A stretch of DNA of 62,880 bases, filler included, from Choristocarpus tenellus KU-1152 (taxonomy: Eukaryota > Protista > Phaeophyceae): assembly GCA_964200185.2 (NCBI GenBank). It is 13 parts of 13 records of this genome, joined end to end, with 100 filler letters (N's around TTAATTAATTAA, not from the genome) between each part and the next. Parts side by side here need not be neighbours in the genome. Positions count along the whole stretch, not along the records: positions 34,694 to 38,100 come from CAXNAD020020240.1; positions 38,201 to 42,385 come from CAXNAD020015794.1; positions 42,486 to 46,052 come from CAXNAD020019218.1; positions 46,153 to 51,671 come from CAXNAD020010543.1; positions 51,772 to 55,083 come from CAXNAD020020880.1; 8 more parts are not named here. One strand, 5' to 3'. The position numbers and the translations under genes were made by a program. Below are positions 37,948 to 51,859 of the stretch, piece after piece (position 1 is the stretch's first letter; every line of letters begins with the position of its first letter). The notes below the pieces were generated by a model. The model did no database searches and was not told the origin of the DNA. It saw only the letters and a program-made list of their open reading frames with translations.

Positions 37948-39040
37948 GAAGAAAAAGTGAGGAAGGGATGGATCAGAGCATAAAACAGAGGATTTTCAAA
38001 ATTGAGGATGGAGCGGGGCTATGAGGATGGTTGTTCTGCGAAAACGGTATTAAAAAAGTACCTCAAGGTTTTTTTATGCGACTGTTTGCACTTGGAAGGG
38101 NNNNNNNNNNNNNNNNNNNNNNNNNNNNNNNNNNNNNNNNNNNNTTAATTAATTAANNNNNNNNNNNNNNNNNNNNNNNNNNNNNNNNNNNNNNNNNNNN
38201 AACCCCAAGGGAAGCCAAGCTCCAAATGGACAAACAGGGCAAAACTTGTACTCTCTAAGATATGGTTGCCTCGGTTGCCACCACACTCTGCACGGTCAAC
38301 ATATTTTGCCGCGACTGCCTAAATTACTGAAACAGCTTTCAAAGTTACCATCGCCCCCTCGTACGCACACACAAACAACTCCGCCCCCCACAATGAGGTG
38401 GACACCAACCCCTTCCATCGCTCGTATGGCCATGTTCACTAGGTTTTGCTCAAGTCCACTGCCTTTTCAATGGGCATTACATTGGTGGGCAAGTTGGAGG
38501 CACGTACTGGCTGCTCAATGAGCAAAGGCATACGGAAGGGGATCCCGTCCAGCACATATATATATATATATATATGTATGTATCTTTGCGGGTGGTGAGA
38601 AAACCGTAAGGTGTACCCTGTTTTGTTTATGTGAGATTATGCCATTGGATTGAGTCCATGTGATGTAACTAATGAGATAGTACATCTGGAATTATTTACG
38701 GGGTTTGGTATTACAATTGAAATTCTCTGGCATAACCATTGACTTACACCTGAGACACAAAAAATAATATAAAGGCAATAAGAAGACACCCCCCAAAAGG
38801 TCACTCATCTTGTCAATCATGTTATCGTATTCAGGAATAGGGAATCGTGTGAGACTCCCATCTCTTTCTTCTCTCTTCTTCCAAACTGACACAAACTGCA
38901 TACCACATTTCATACGGTGATTTACCACTAGGATTAGCCGTGGTTGATGTGCGATTGAGCGAGTCACAGGCATAGTGTTGAGCATCGGTCCAGAGAGAGT
39001 CTGTCTTGGGGATAGTGACATGGGGGGAAAGAAGCGGAGC

Positions 39041-39427
39041 TTAGACGCGGGTAGCTAATGAAGCTTCATCAATGATACCCAGCATTCGTTCAGCTACCCC
39101 ATAAAATCGAGGACTGTCTCCAAGTGTGAACTCCTGTTTAATCCTGTATTCACGACAAAGAGCACAGAAAGCTCCCTCATAAAACTTCCTCCCATCATCA
39201 GACCACACACACATGACCCAAGAGGGAGTACTGTCAGCCCGAATATCGGCCAGGCACTTCTTGAAGGCTTCAGCAGCATCCAACTTAAGGCGAAGGAAAT
39301 ACGACCTAACCAAACGAGAATAGATGTCCCGAATTATCATGGTGTGACGCTTACCACCGAGTGAAAGGGTAGCCCTCTGGCCGCTTACACTGACAAAAAC
39401 CCACCCAGTTTTTTGCCACCCCTTCAC
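39041..39427 (-). mobile_element. Ty1/Copia integrase core fragment
   Basis: SLGGKRHTMIIRDIYSR...VWSDDGRKF...IKQEFT..SPRFYGVAER, a degenerate rve core. Confidence 0.85.
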
Positions 39428-39542
39428 CTCTGATGACCTACCAATTTCTTCAACCTAGTTTTGCCGTCTAGGTAATATTAAAATATGCGCTACTCAATTT
39501 GATTTATTTTAATACAATGCAGTGTCGTCAGTCTATACTGAT

Positions 39543-39802
39543 GAGTGAAAATATCTTAGAGGGTACAAGTTTTTCCCTGTTTGTCCATTTGGGGCTTGGC
39601 TTCCCACGGGGTTTTAATGACATTTTACCTACCCCAAAACAATTTTGGAGTAGATAAAATGTATACGTTACGAAAAGTGGTGTCCGGAACAAGGATATTG
39701 ACATCTCCCAACAAAAACGATAGCCAAAATCACATCAAAATTGCAACATTGGACTTTGGCCCCCAAATGGACGCAGCTCTACCTTCTAAGATACTTTGAC
39801 TC
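39543..39802 (+). mobile_element. MITE with 4-bp TSD TGAT
   Basis: TGAT|GAGTGAAAATATCTTAGAGGGTA...TAAGATACTTTGACTC|TGAT. Confidence 0.88.
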
Positions 39803-39884
39803 TGATTGTTAATTTATCCATTGTAATGGTCGCTATTCCCAAACAGGGCAAACTCGTACCCTCTAAGATACTTTCACTCTCACA

Positions 39885-40603
39885 GCAGTATCTTGGACGT
39901 CAAAAGTACAAAGAGTTGTAGCTCTGTCTTCTACAGAGAGTGAATACATAGCTCTTAGTAGTGTGGCACAGGAATTACTTTTCTTGAGAAATGTTTTTGA
40001 GTTTATTCAGCCACAGTTTCCTAGGCGTTGCATTGAATTAATTGAGGATAACGATGGTGCATGCAAACTAGTACGAAATGCCACAAGCTCTACTAGAACA
40101 AAGCACATTGATGTCCGACATCATTATCTGAGAGATTTGTCTAGAAAAGGAGAGATTCATGTTGTTTTTGTTGGTACTGCAAATCAGAGGGCAGATGTCT
40201 TGACCAAGAATTTGCCAGTCCGAGTTTTTAGACAACATGTGAAGGTTTTGATGAACATTTGACACAACATGTGTGTCTTACCTTTTTGTTTTATGATTGT
40301 TTGAGAGTTAATTCTTGTTTTCAGCAAGGGGAAGATGTCGAATAACCTAGTGTTGTCCTTACGTTATCTGTGCTGGTCCAAGTAAACAACATAGGTTATA
40401 TGTACGTTGATCTTTAGTTTAGTACAATACAAGGTAGTAACGTACACAACAGTATATTATGTTGAGTTAGTGGAACATTAGTGGGACAATAGCATCAAGT
40501 GGACAATACCCTACGGACAATAAATGATTCAGTATGTGCTTTACCATGTAATTCAACTGCTAGCTTCCGGCGACGAGCCTTAAGTGCGCCAAGCTTCTCA
40601 ACA
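39885..40603 (+). mobile_element. Ty1/Copia 3' end: RNase H, PPT and 3' LTR (40336-40603)
   Basis: VALSSTESEYIA...EDNDGA...RTKHIDVRHHYLR...ADVLTKNL; PPT AAGGGGAAGA then TGTCGA...TCAACA. Confidence 0.9.
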
Positions 40604-41307
40604 CAGTTGTGGTAAAATATGTATGGAGTAAGAGAACAATCACTTGTGGTTGAGTTATCATAACCTCTTACTAGTGATTAGCTGTATGAGAAAAGTTCTC
40701 ATAAAAAGGAAATATTTACGATTTTATGGGGTGCTGCATGCCCCACTTAGCTTTAATCACTCTATAGACATCAAGCAATCTCGCTGGGTTTATCACCTTT
40801 ATCCTCTTTGACGATTTGGGCGATACTTCAATATTTACCCCATGGACGAATTCGAGAACAGGCATTGACCTCCACAGCACTCAGTCCGTCCTCATGAGAA
40901 CCGTCATCTCCCTCGCTCTTTTGCCCATAAAGTTACCATCTACCGGCTCATCCATGCTTGTGTCGACTGTGCCTATGATTGGAAACTTTCGCGAATCCTT
41001 CATCCCAAGCCTAGACCCGGAGAGTATGCAAGGCATTTCCTGTATGGCAGCATGGTCAGCTTCGTTTGAAGAGCCCAAAATGCTTCCATCAGAACGTTTG
41101 CCTTTGTAAGGAGACTTTTTTTTCTTCTGATCGCGCGGTTGCCACGCCACCCTCAGAGTGGCTCCTTCTCCTCCTGATGTTCTGGATCCTCCTGCCTCTC
41201 CAGCGTAGCACCTCGTTCCGATCCCTGCCCCATTTCAAGTCGTTGTGGAAATATCGCGAGCCATCACTGTCTTCTAAGTCCCCAGCAGCCCCTGGATTGC
41301 TACCCGG

Positions 41308-41665
41308 TGTCGAATAACCTAGTGTTATCCTTACGTTGTTTGTGCTGACACAAGGATTTTAGCATATTTGAATACGTGTCCAAGTGTTGGATTGAGTTTT
41401 GGTGGTTTTAGTAATGAGTGTGAGTTGAGGGCATATGCTGATGCTAGTTATGCTGGAGACTGGAATGATCGTAGGTCAGTGACTGGAGGAGCAATTATGT
41501 TTGCAGGAGGAGCAATATCTTGGATGTCAAAGGTGCAAAGAGTTGTAGCTCTGTCTTCTACAGAGAGTGAATACATAGCACTTAGTAGTGTGGCACAGGA
41601 TTACTTTTCTTGAGAAATGTTTTTGAGTTTATTCAGCCGCAGTCGCCTAGGCGTGCATCGATTTG
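41308..41665 (+). mobile_element. Copia LTR start fused to an RNase H fragment
   Basis: TGTCGAATAACCTAG matches 40336; AYADASYAGDWNDRRSVTG...ISWMSKVQRVVALSSTESEY. Confidence 0.85.
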
Positions 41666-42312
41666 TTTCAGGATAACACTCTCCACCTCCCTGTAAATCC
41701 AACAATGCACGACTATTGGTTCTAAAGATTTCTTTAGGTTCAATTCGAATGTCCAAACATTTCATCCTTAGGATAGCCAATTTTTGGTGAAAATCTCCCT
41801 TCATCCGATTTTCAAATACACACATTGCTTTTTAACTACAGAGAATTATCCGCGACAATCCTCCATTATTGCTTAACGTCAATTTCCTTTACCACTTCCT
41901 TTGTCCCGACGTCCACTGTCACAGAGTTCAGCCATGCAATTCACATCGTGATCATCCCAGACGGTCACATCTTAACCAAACACGATCTCGACGAGGTACA
42001 CAACAAAACCCGCGTGTTGCAGATGAAGTCTCTCTCCAACCTGCTAACTCAGCCAGGAGGCACGGTTATTACCTGCACCGTTCTGAGCGGTAATCACGAC
42101 CCAGAGCAGCATCTGGTACTCCTCGTGAAGGAGTTGTCCAAGTTCAGCATGTGTACACCCTCTAAGACACCAGTGGAGGGTAGGAAATTAAGACCTGCTG
42201 ATAGTGGAGGATATGACTCTGATAGTGATTAAGGGGAAGAGGAGATGTCAACACTTCTGCTAAAAGAAATTGAGAGGAGAGCACAAAGTACCGGTGATGC
42301 TGCTAGCCCGGG

Positions 42313-42385
42313 TGTTGAGAAGCTTGGCGCACGTAAGGCTCGTCGCCGGAAGCTAGCAGATGAATTACATGGTAAAGCACACACT
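42313..42385 (-). mobile_element. Copia LTR 3' end, inverted
   Basis: Reverse complement of about 40535-40603. Confidence 0.85.
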
Positions 42386-42485
42386 NNNNNNNNNNNNNNN
42401 NNNNNNNNNNNNNNNNNNNNNNNNNNNNNTTAATTAATTAANNNNNNNNNNNNNNNNNNNNNNNNNNNNNNNNNNNNNNNNNNNN

Positions 42486-43330
42486 TATTTTACCGTAACT
42501 GTCCGATAGAGTTGGAAGAGTCTAATTGAACAGTTTAGGCTTTTGTTGCAAAGTCTCCGAGCCAAAGTCCCAGGACACTGCCCAACAAGGATGTACCTAA
42601 GGTTATCTGTTAGTACCTCCTCTGTATCAACACAAAATGCTGATGGTGGAATCAAGCAGACGCTTAATCTCTGATTATGCAAATAGGACAATAGCACCTG
42701 CCTTACTCGGAATATATATTTTACGGTTGGGGGTTCCCAATAGTCCAAGACCCATTGCTTCGGAAATAGGCATTTTCTTGAAGAAATGAACGTTGGTGTT
42801 GATCCTCTGTACTGGAGTGTGGCCACTTTCATTCTGTGTTGTCCATACGTGGGACTGAGCAGGAGCCAGCCACAGAATGGTTATAGAGGCATACCATAAT
42901 GGATAGTGAGTAAACCAGAGTAATACTTCAGGTAGGTGCTGATGATTCACCTTGATTGAGGAATAAGGTGCAATACACAGCAATACAAACAAGGAAAATA
43001 CTGTATAGTGACAATACGTGCCCGAGGTGTGCAAGGTAAGAATCCCTGGAGTCTGAAAGACCCTGACTCGCCCTGCAGTTAGGTGTCTTCTGCTTGAAGT
43101 CCTTGCCTCGCCTGGATATCTTACCCTGTCGTGGAAAAAATCTGACACAGGGGTGCCTTCACAACTCCTTCCCAATGAACTCCTCAGACATATACCATCT
43201 ACCAAATGAGTCACCAGCCCATCCAGAATTGCTCTGCCTCTGTGATTAGACTCTCAGGACTTTCCAATTTGAAGGTCTTGGGGTTAAATCTGCGAAAGTG
43301 AAATAGTCCTGTGGACCTTGGGGGTGGCAG
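42486..43330 (-). mobile_element. Highly degenerate reverse transcriptase-like relic, possibly DIRS-type
   Basis: Weak motifs only (KTFKLES, YSSIKV..HL, LPF.G...SP across frameshifts); 42495-42535 matches 5478-5515. Confidence 0.3.
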
Positions 43331-44385
43331 CCGTGGTGCCATTGTTGGATGAACTGCTGGTTATGGAAGTCGGCTTGTATCTCAGCAAAGGTCACATACA
43401 CCAGTAAGCCCTTTCCTCAGCATCGTCACAGTGCAGTGTACATTGCCTCTGACTACAGGTCAGAGCTAGGTAGGTTGGCATAGTATGTTCTTTGTCCCAG
43501 ACTGAAATATAATAGAAATAAAAAGAAAAAGCTAGTAACTTTCCCCTCTTACTGCTAAATGCAATGGCAACAAAACAAAATATCCCATCTTTTCCTTTTT
43601 TTTGCAGGGCGTTTCACCAGACTGGTACATTAAAATGTTACCGTTCGTTGACCAGAGCGGGTTTAAAGTTCTCGGACATGTCTGGACCATTTCCACGGGG
43701 TGTTGCACAGGTCCATGTCCACCTGTCAGGCAGGCTCTAACATTCTCTAGCATATCCAGACCATGTCCACAGGGTATTGTATCGGTCCATGTCTACTGCC
43801 CAATCAGGGGCTAATACTCTCTGGTATGTCCAGACCATGTTCACTGCATGTTACACTATTATATATATAGGTAGTCCAACTGTCAAATTCGTTAGTCACT
43901 CCATGCAAAAAATGGAAAATGTGTGCAAAAGGTCGAAGGATAATTTGTGCACGTGCACATAGGTAGTACTCTCTCTGTTCATCTCTTGGCTTTCTTGGTT
44001 CAACTCGTGCAGAGCATATCTACATGTGTACGTAGAAATTATTTGACACCATTTCAGAACACATTTTGATGAGTAGGCGGTCAGTTTGCTACGCTTGTAT
44101 ACTCAATATCGATTCATATCATGTGTACACATGTTTTGGACACTCAACCCAAATAGTAGTACAGACAGTACCATCAAACTCCTAAATATGCACTAGGTAA
44201 ATACGACCCACCACAGACGCAACTTCTGCAGATGGAAGAAAGCTCTCTACTGGCACAGATCATAATTGTGCTTGCACACGGGGCTTGAACTCTGCCATAT
44301 TTTCATTTGAGACACACAGTACGCCACTCAATTCTATGCACTACAGTCCAAGAACGATCCAAATGACATGTTAAGAACCACCTCA

Positions 44386-44572
44386 GGCTCAAAGTATCTA
44401 GGGGGGGGGGGGTCTACACGAGACTGTCCATTCGAGGCCCATTTTCCAATGTCGCGATTTGGGGCGAATTTGGTTGCACGGGTCGGATGGAAAATGTAAA
44501 TGCACTTCACCTGGTCAGGGCTCCAATAGACACTCTGGTCCAGACCCTCCCCCCCCCAAGATACTTCGAGCC
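44386..44572. mobile_element. MITE with 4-bp TSD CTCA, G-tract family
   Basis: CTCA|GGCTCAAAGTATCT(A)G11...CCCCAAGATACTTCGAGCC|CTCA. Confidence 0.85.
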
Positions 44573-45837
44573 CTCAGCTGAACAGCTTAAGGGGAAGGTC
44601 AAAGAAGGCTCAATATTGTCACAGTGAACGGATCAGAGGGAGCATAGCTCAAATCCTTCCATACCAGAGCTTCAATTGGAGCCATGCAGAACTCAGATTC
44701 GTGCACTGCAACCCAAGAACGGTGCAAATCATGATGAAAAATCGCCTCAAAGTAGACTTCAGAGGTGAAGGTAAGGCCAAAGAAGGCTCTCTCCGCCACA
44801 GTGCACAGCTCCAATCTGTTTCAGCACAATGCTTTCCCCACACCATATCTTCTTCTCGAGCCATATGTGCACAGCACTCAAATGCATCACAGTCCGAGAA
44901 TGACACAAATTTCCATGATGCATCACCCCACATCTGAAGGGGGAGATGAACCCTCCACACCAGAAAAGGTTGTCCACTATTTCAACTCCAAAACATGCGA
45001 GGTTGCAATTCATTGATCATTCGCGCACGTAGTGCAAGACAACATCAGCGATCGATGAAGGGTATCAAATCCTGGTTTCAATACCTTTCCATTTTGCTTC
45101 GCGTTCGAGTTGTGCTTGATGAATTACTAAGCGTTGAAATGTCCAACAGGGCCTACTACTTCACGAGAAACCTGACGGTGGCCACTCCTCACTCTAATTC
45201 TTCATGTGGAAAGAATTCAATGCAGAGAGTCTATAGATCTGACCCGTTGGTGGTGTATGTTCAAGGGCAGAGTTCCGAGAGGTTGATCTCAGTTTTGTTC
45301 ATATTTGACATCTACATATTTCTGTGGATTGTATTATTCTTTGGCGGCATGGTAAACTCTGGCAGGGGCGGTGAAGAGAATCATCGTGCAAGTCGGACCA
45401 AACGAACCAGACAACTCTAACTGGGAGGAAGATGTTAAGGTTGGACGAGTGCAGAATTGAAGAGTGGGGAGGATCTCATTATAGTTTGGATTATCAGAGT
45501 GACAAGACGATCTTTGGTGTTCAGTATCTCTGATTGAAGCGAAGTCTACTATCTATGGGACTAGTTTCTTAAAAATTTTCTACGCCTCAACCTCACAAAA
45601 GATCCTCAAATTGAATCCAACATCCCTGACAAGCAACCTCAATCGGTATTATGGTATTTGACATACACGACAATAACGGTATAATAACAAACAACCCTGC
45701 TTTCCACATTACCCCCCTTCTGATGCATCTCGTAAACATGTAAACATGATTCGGGTTCAACCAAAAAGTGAGGTCTGAGAACCAAATGGGAAATGTTAAA
45801 ACATGGGCTACACAGCTGCTTGTTCCTTGATACGATA

Positions 45838-46052
45838 CAGTTTCAGCCCTTTCACTGTGGACCGGAATCTTCGCATGGATCTGGTGTTACACGCAGGGGC
45901 ACTAGCAGATGCTGGAACTACTCCCTACGGGGACAAAGACCTTCTGCTGGACGTCACCTTCGCAGAGGTACAGGCTACCTCCCACCTCACCAATTCATCC
46001 ACCAGCAATGGTGTAGCTGCTACTGCAGCTGAGGCGCGAAAGCGCACCCACT
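45838..46052 (+). mobile_element. CRE-like endonuclease fragment
   Basis: SPFTVDRNLRMDLV...LLLDVTFAEVQ...AAEARKRTH, near-identical to 4925-5140. Confidence 0.85.
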
Positions 46053-46222
46053 NNNNNNNNNNNNNNNNNNNNNNNNNNNNNNNNNNNNNNNNNNNNTTAA
46101 TTAATTAANNNNNNNNNNNNNNNNNNNNNNNNNNNNNNNNNNNNNNNNNNNNCCAAGCCCCAAATGGACAAACAGGGCAAAACTTGTACCCTCTAAGATA
46201 CTTTTACTCAAACACAGTTGGA

Positions 46223-46482
46223 GAGTCAAAATATCTTAGAGGGTAGAGCCGCGTCCATTTGGGGGCCAAAATCCAATGCTGTGATTTAGATGTAATTTTG
46301 GCTATCGTGTTTGTTCGGAAGCGTCAATGTCCTTGTTCCGGACATACTTTTTTTCATGACATATACATATTACCTACTCCAAGACATTTAGGATCAGGAA
46401 ATTGTCATAAAAAACCCGTGGGAAGCCAAGCCCCAAATGGATAAACAGGGAAAAACTCGTACCCTCTAAGATACTTTCACTC
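46223..46482 (-). mobile_element. MITE with 4-bp TSD TGGA
   Basis: TGGA|GAGTCAAAATATCTTAGAGGGTA...TACCCTCTAAGATACTTTCACTC|TGGA. Confidence 0.88.
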
Positions 46483-47158
46483 TGGAAAAATATCCAAAAT
46501 TTATCACTCAGGAGTGGACCGAACTGTATTGAAAAATGCAACCAAGTAACAAACCTCCTCTCATAATGACTACCGCGAAAATGAGTACGATATTTGGACG
46601 GTAATCACCGCAAGATAGAATTTTGAAGACGGAAAATGCTACCGTATCGCATCGAGGAAATTAAAGATTGACCACACCATCACAGTAAAAACATTCGACG
46701 GTTATCACTACCGTACCTTACCGTGGTAATTCTGGAAGATCATACTCACGCTATTGTGGCAAAAAAACAGAACAGTAATCGCTACTGGATGTACCTTGGA
46801 AATGATTGAAATGTCCTTTTAACAATAATGTAGTTTGAAGTAATACTGTAATATATATTGTATCAATGTCCTCTATCAGGGAGAGGTCCCCTTTTTAAGA
46901 TCTCATGACAATGACTGATGTGGATAATGCGCGCAGTCATAAGAATTCGCACCCGCCTCCTTTTGCTATTGAGACCAGTGAAGGTGATGCAGTGTGGGTC
47001 AGACGCATGACCGACTCGTGGTAACCCCGTCATGAACGGGATTCATACCAGCAAAGCCCAAGATTGTGTTTCCTGTTCTGACTAGTCACAACGAAGCCGA
47101 GTGGAGATTGATTAATGAACTACTCTGAGGTTGTAAACGTACGCCTAGGATGCCTCAA

Positions 47159-47415
47159 GAGTCAAACCAATTGATAGGTAGGTTGGTTTTGACCGATTTG
47201 CACTCTAAGCCATCCTTCTCAACCTGTACAATGCACTCTATTTCACTGCCTTTATGTGCACAATAGTGTACGCAACATTGATATTCCCCCTCTCCACACA
47301 CAAAATGACACCACAATTCAGCAAAGGCTCGTTCTGCAATCGTACATGACATATTTGTGCCCTTTCTCGGTATCCTTAAAATGCAACCTTGCCTACTTCT
47401 CAACTGGTTTGGCTC
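47159..47415 (+). mobile_element. MITE, GAGTCAAACCAATTGA family (second copy 53457-53716, partial 57935-58073)
   Basis: TIR GAGTCAAACCAATTGA / TCAACTGGTTTGGCTC. Confidence 0.8.
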
Positions 47416-47825
47416 AGTAGAGGGGAGAGGGGCATGGGGATATTGTAGGAAAGGGACCGTAAAGTCCCATTTGAGACATACAGTGTCCGTCACTGCACAA
47501 GTGACTCTCTCGACATGTGCCATGCGTTTCAAGCTAGAGACACCAGGCAGAAGGGGAAGAAGGGATTTGTAGGATTCTTGGGATGTTGCCTAGCTCTTCG
47601 TCCACCTTCATAGGGCTAAGCTAGGTTAGAGGCATAGCACTGTACATATTACATCGTTAATATCACCTTTTCGAGGGAGCATTGTTGTATAACATTCAAA
47701 TCGTGAATAATTCGTATCTATTACATCAACGACAACTATTGTTTTGGAAGGGGTCCTCATCGTACACGTTTGTCTTTTTCCATGAAATATCTCTGCAAAG
47801 TGCCAGAGGGCAATAAAAATATAAT
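47416..47825 (+). mobile_element. Older CRE-like 3' fragment
   Basis: GYCRKGTVKSHLRHTVSVTAQVTLSTCAMRFKLETPGR plus degenerate hairpin/tail. Confidence 0.7.
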
Positions 47826-48340
47826 GCGCTTGTCTGTACACTACAGTACTAGTAATATCTACTTGAAGTATATATTTGTTCTAGAAATAACGCACCTGTA
47901 ACGCGCTCGTCTTCGACGATAGTAGTACTACTAGAACTACTAATGCACTGCTACTGCAACTACTACTACTACATCCCCAGTCATAATAAATATTATCCTC
48001 CTCCCTCCCACCAATAATCCTATAAACATACATCCTGCATATGATTCGTCGTAGAGTCTGATCATTGACTCTGCACCAAGACGCTCTCGCCCTCATGACA
48101 GGATCCTTACATCTACACACTTTTTGTCCCCATCCTATCCTGTATGTATTTTATTACTTGTTGGGATAACAAATAATAATCTCCTACCACCTACTCTGTC
48201 CGATATCCTCCAGCCATTACCACTACTACATAGTCTACTAACCCTTCCTCTCTCATGAAGGTTTGTACCCTTGTTCGAAACCTTTGGTCCCTAATCGATT
48301 GCACACAACTACCGCTACAAAAACAGGCTTCTCCAACACG

Positions 48341-48596
48341 GAGTCAAAGTAAACGAGAGGCACCTAAAGTTGCATTTTAAGGATGCTGACAAGCATGTGC
48401 AAAATTCGTCTGTTGATACAAATGCGTGTAGGACTTTGTATGAATTGTGTCGATATTTTCAAACAACACAGAAATCAACATTCTCAAGTCAAATTTAGCA
48501 CTTCATCCATAGAAATATGGATGAATTACAAAGGACAAAAAATGACTTAAAATGCAAAACGTCCAAAACCTGGGAGCCTCTCGTTTACTTTGGCTC
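48341..48596 (+). mobile_element. MITE, GAGTCAAAGTAAACGAGAGG family
   Basis: 20-bp TIRs; inverted sister copy at 49378-49637. Confidence 0.82.
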
Positions 48597-49377
48597 ACAC
48601 CTTCAAGCGACTAACAACTGAGTCCCCTTATTCACCTCTGAAACCATACACTCCAACCCTTTCTCTAAATTTACACCCCCTCGAGAAAGAAAAGCGTGAG
48701 ACCGTCCACATGGCTATCGCAGATCAAGTCTGCAGACTATAGCGCCATGGTACAATCGAGTTCAACCTCTATACCACCTTGTATTGGGAGCAGACAACTT
48801 GTACTAGGTCTGATCATGAGGAAATGGGCGGCTTGGGAACAGAGGGAAACAACGACCACAACTTGTACATGGGCAACACCAGTGATGATGACTGTGATGA
48901 AGGCCCTGGTAGTGGGGACGGTGGGGAAGGTGCAGGTCCTGGGAGTGACGAGGAGACGCATGGACATGAGGGACAGAAAAAAATACAAAAAAAGGGTTGG
49001 CGTCAAGTGCCAGAGCAGAGCATATGTGTATTTCCTCCTTTGGGGTAACTGCCACTTCATGGTTGGTTGCATCATTAAGTTGGCACCACCATCGACCATT
49101 CTTGATGTACAAGGACAGGGACAGGGAGTCGAAGTAGCTCGGCTAAGCCCTAACTACCAGCAGATACACTCCAAACCCATACAATATACCTTAACAACTA
49201 CTACTTAGTGATGATGTGACAAAACACAACAACACAAGGACAAGGGGGAAGGAGAAAGAGAGGAAGTACAGCAACTAAGTACAATATACGTACAGGTTGT
49301 ACAGCTGTCAGTGTATGCAGTGGTAGCGGTAGAAGTAGGACTTGTAGGAAGCAGTAGCAATAGTAGTAACTACTAGT

Positions 49378-49637
49378 GAGTCAAAGTAAACAAGAGGTAT
49401 CGAGATTTTGGTCGTTTTACATTTCAAGTCAGTTTTTCAACCTTTCACGAGTCACCCATATTTCCATGGATGAAGTACCAAGTTTCAGTAGATATTGGTG
49501 TTTTCTCTTTGTTTGAGATCTTTTCGAAGAAATTCAGAAAATATCTTACACCCATCCGTCAAAAAAGGGCGAGTTTAGCACATACTGTCAACATCCTTAA
49601 AATGCAACTCTGGGTACCTCTCGTTTACTTTTGACTC
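49378..49637 (-). mobile_element. MITE, GAGTCAAAGTAAACGAGAGG family
   Basis: TIR GAGTCAAAGTAAACAAGAGG / CCTCTCGTTTACTTTTGACTC. Confidence 0.82.
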
Positions 49638-51859
49638 AGTGGTACACGAAAGCAGCACATGTTCACACACAACAAACGGGGTTATTATGACAAATCAAAC
49701 AATAGGCACCATCGTCACTGAGTGAGGTAGGTAGGTACACACCTTCAAATGCGAACATAAGACGCACACGCACACGATACCCAACGGTTTGGGCCTCATT
49801 CCAACAGGCTACCCGCCAGAGGCAAAGTACATGCATCAGAAAATTGGGCTCTTTTTGTTCCGACTTAAAGAACAGAACGCCTTCCAAACTTCAATTTCTA
49901 GGAGGTGTGGCTCTGAATTCGACAGATTGTGTTTTAGTTGTAGACGTACATCTTCTCACTGCATTCCATTGAGGACTGTGAGATGGTGTAGTGAAGGACA
50001 TTGGAGAGGTTTTGCAGGGGTATTGCTTCGATATGTCTGCAGTTCGACTTTGCTTCAAGGTCTTACCTCTCCACACTTAAGTTCCTAGTTTTGGCCACCT
50101 CTTAAAGTGACTTGTGATGTTTTACCAGCATTTACAACTTTTAAACACAATAATTTTCTGGACACTTTCTAATCACTGGAATTGGAATTGCTGGACAAAG
50201 TGGATCTAATTTTCCAAAATACCAACAATTTTCGAGCAGTGTTGATAAATTATATTTTATTTCTTTCGTTAAAGTGAATAGCATTTAATAAAACGTTTCT
50301 ATCTTTTTCAGTTCCGATTCCTCCGCAATAAAGTAACAAATACCCACTCATAAAAAGCGTAACATAACTTCCGTTTCCAAAGTATATCAAGGGTGGATGA
50401 ATTGCAAGAGCAAAATCTACTCCGCTCAAAAATTATCGAGTTGGAACAGCAATTCTGGTCTCTAGTTTTATCGTTTTTGCGTCATGAAGACCTTGCTCAA
50501 AACGTAGAATATTTGACCGACTCATTTTCCCTCACTTCAAAAAAAGAATTAACAGTCACTCAAACGCCAAGGAGTTCACATGTAAATCTAGTACGGATTT
50601 CCTTCTGATTATGGTACAAGAGTTTCATATGAAAATGATTTCAGTCTCCTTGATACATTTTTTCTCACATCTATTAAAGAGTTTCACACATTGAAGCACG
50701 AAAAAAAAAAAATGGTTCCAGGATCAACTCAAATATATATATATATATATATATTTGCACTCCAACACGATCCTTGCTATCGATATACTACGAAAACATG
50801 AAAAAAGGTGCTTAACCCCAACCCCAAGAACTCAACACCATCAAAAGAAAAATTGAAAAACACCTAGTAGACAAACCCCTGAAATTGAAAGAGGTAGCAT
50901 GTTCACAATCAAGGACCACACAACCAACACAGGGACAGGGATGTGCAATAGACCTGCACCCATTCATCAGAAAATCAGGTCAAGTCATTCAAAACCACCA
51001 CCATCAAAAAGAGGGGCATCCCTACCACTGGCCGCATGCCTAACCTGAAACCTCCGTGAAGGAGGGTCATACATCCCTGGTGACTGCAGCCACTGTTGTG
51101 AGGTGAGAAAACTCTGAGGCTGATTGACCGCCCTAGAGTGTACCAGATGTTCTCAAAGCAAACAAAAACAGAAATAACGAAAAAAGCTGTTACCAAATGT
51201 ATTAGGTTATATTGGTACATAATGTGTATTGTCCTGTACATACTCTTAGATGTTTCATCGACTACAGCAGAGTATTATGTTGAAAACTGTCAACACCAGA
51301 CTACTATCGAAAGGCCTGCTTCACACATGCCTTCAAAATCTCACGTGATGTCAAGAACCTAGATCATGCATCAAACAGAAAATATATATATTTACACTTC
51401 ACTAGGGGGCCATAGTCTCGAAGCTTGCCTGTCACAAAACTCGCTCCAAGCCCCACCCCCACCCCCACAAACTACGTACTTTAAAAATCCGACACCTGAC
51501 AAGCCTCGAGTCACACCAAAAGCCCCTCAGCTTCATCCTGAGCCTGGATAGCCCAGCACCAACACACACAGGATCAAAACGAGAGAAAGGCCCAGAGCAG
51601 ACCCCCCCCCCCCCCCCCCCAAAAACAAAAAAAAAAAAAAAGAAAAAAACCCCACCACAACACAACAAAAANNNNNNNNNNNNNNNNNNNNNNNNNNNNN
51701 NNNNNNNNNNNNNNNTTAATTAATTAANNNNNNNNNNNNNNNNNNNNNNNNNNNNNNNNNNNNNNNNNNNNCAAATCACACCAAAAAAGTGAAAATCGAA
51801 AAATGGGTGAAAAACGGACGCCGACACCCCCCCCCAAGATACTTTGTGACCCTTTGATC

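Noticed and set aside
48696-49208. Overlapping ORFs with an acidic Gly-rich stretch
   Set aside because: No recognisable domain or consistent splice structure; lies between MITEs.
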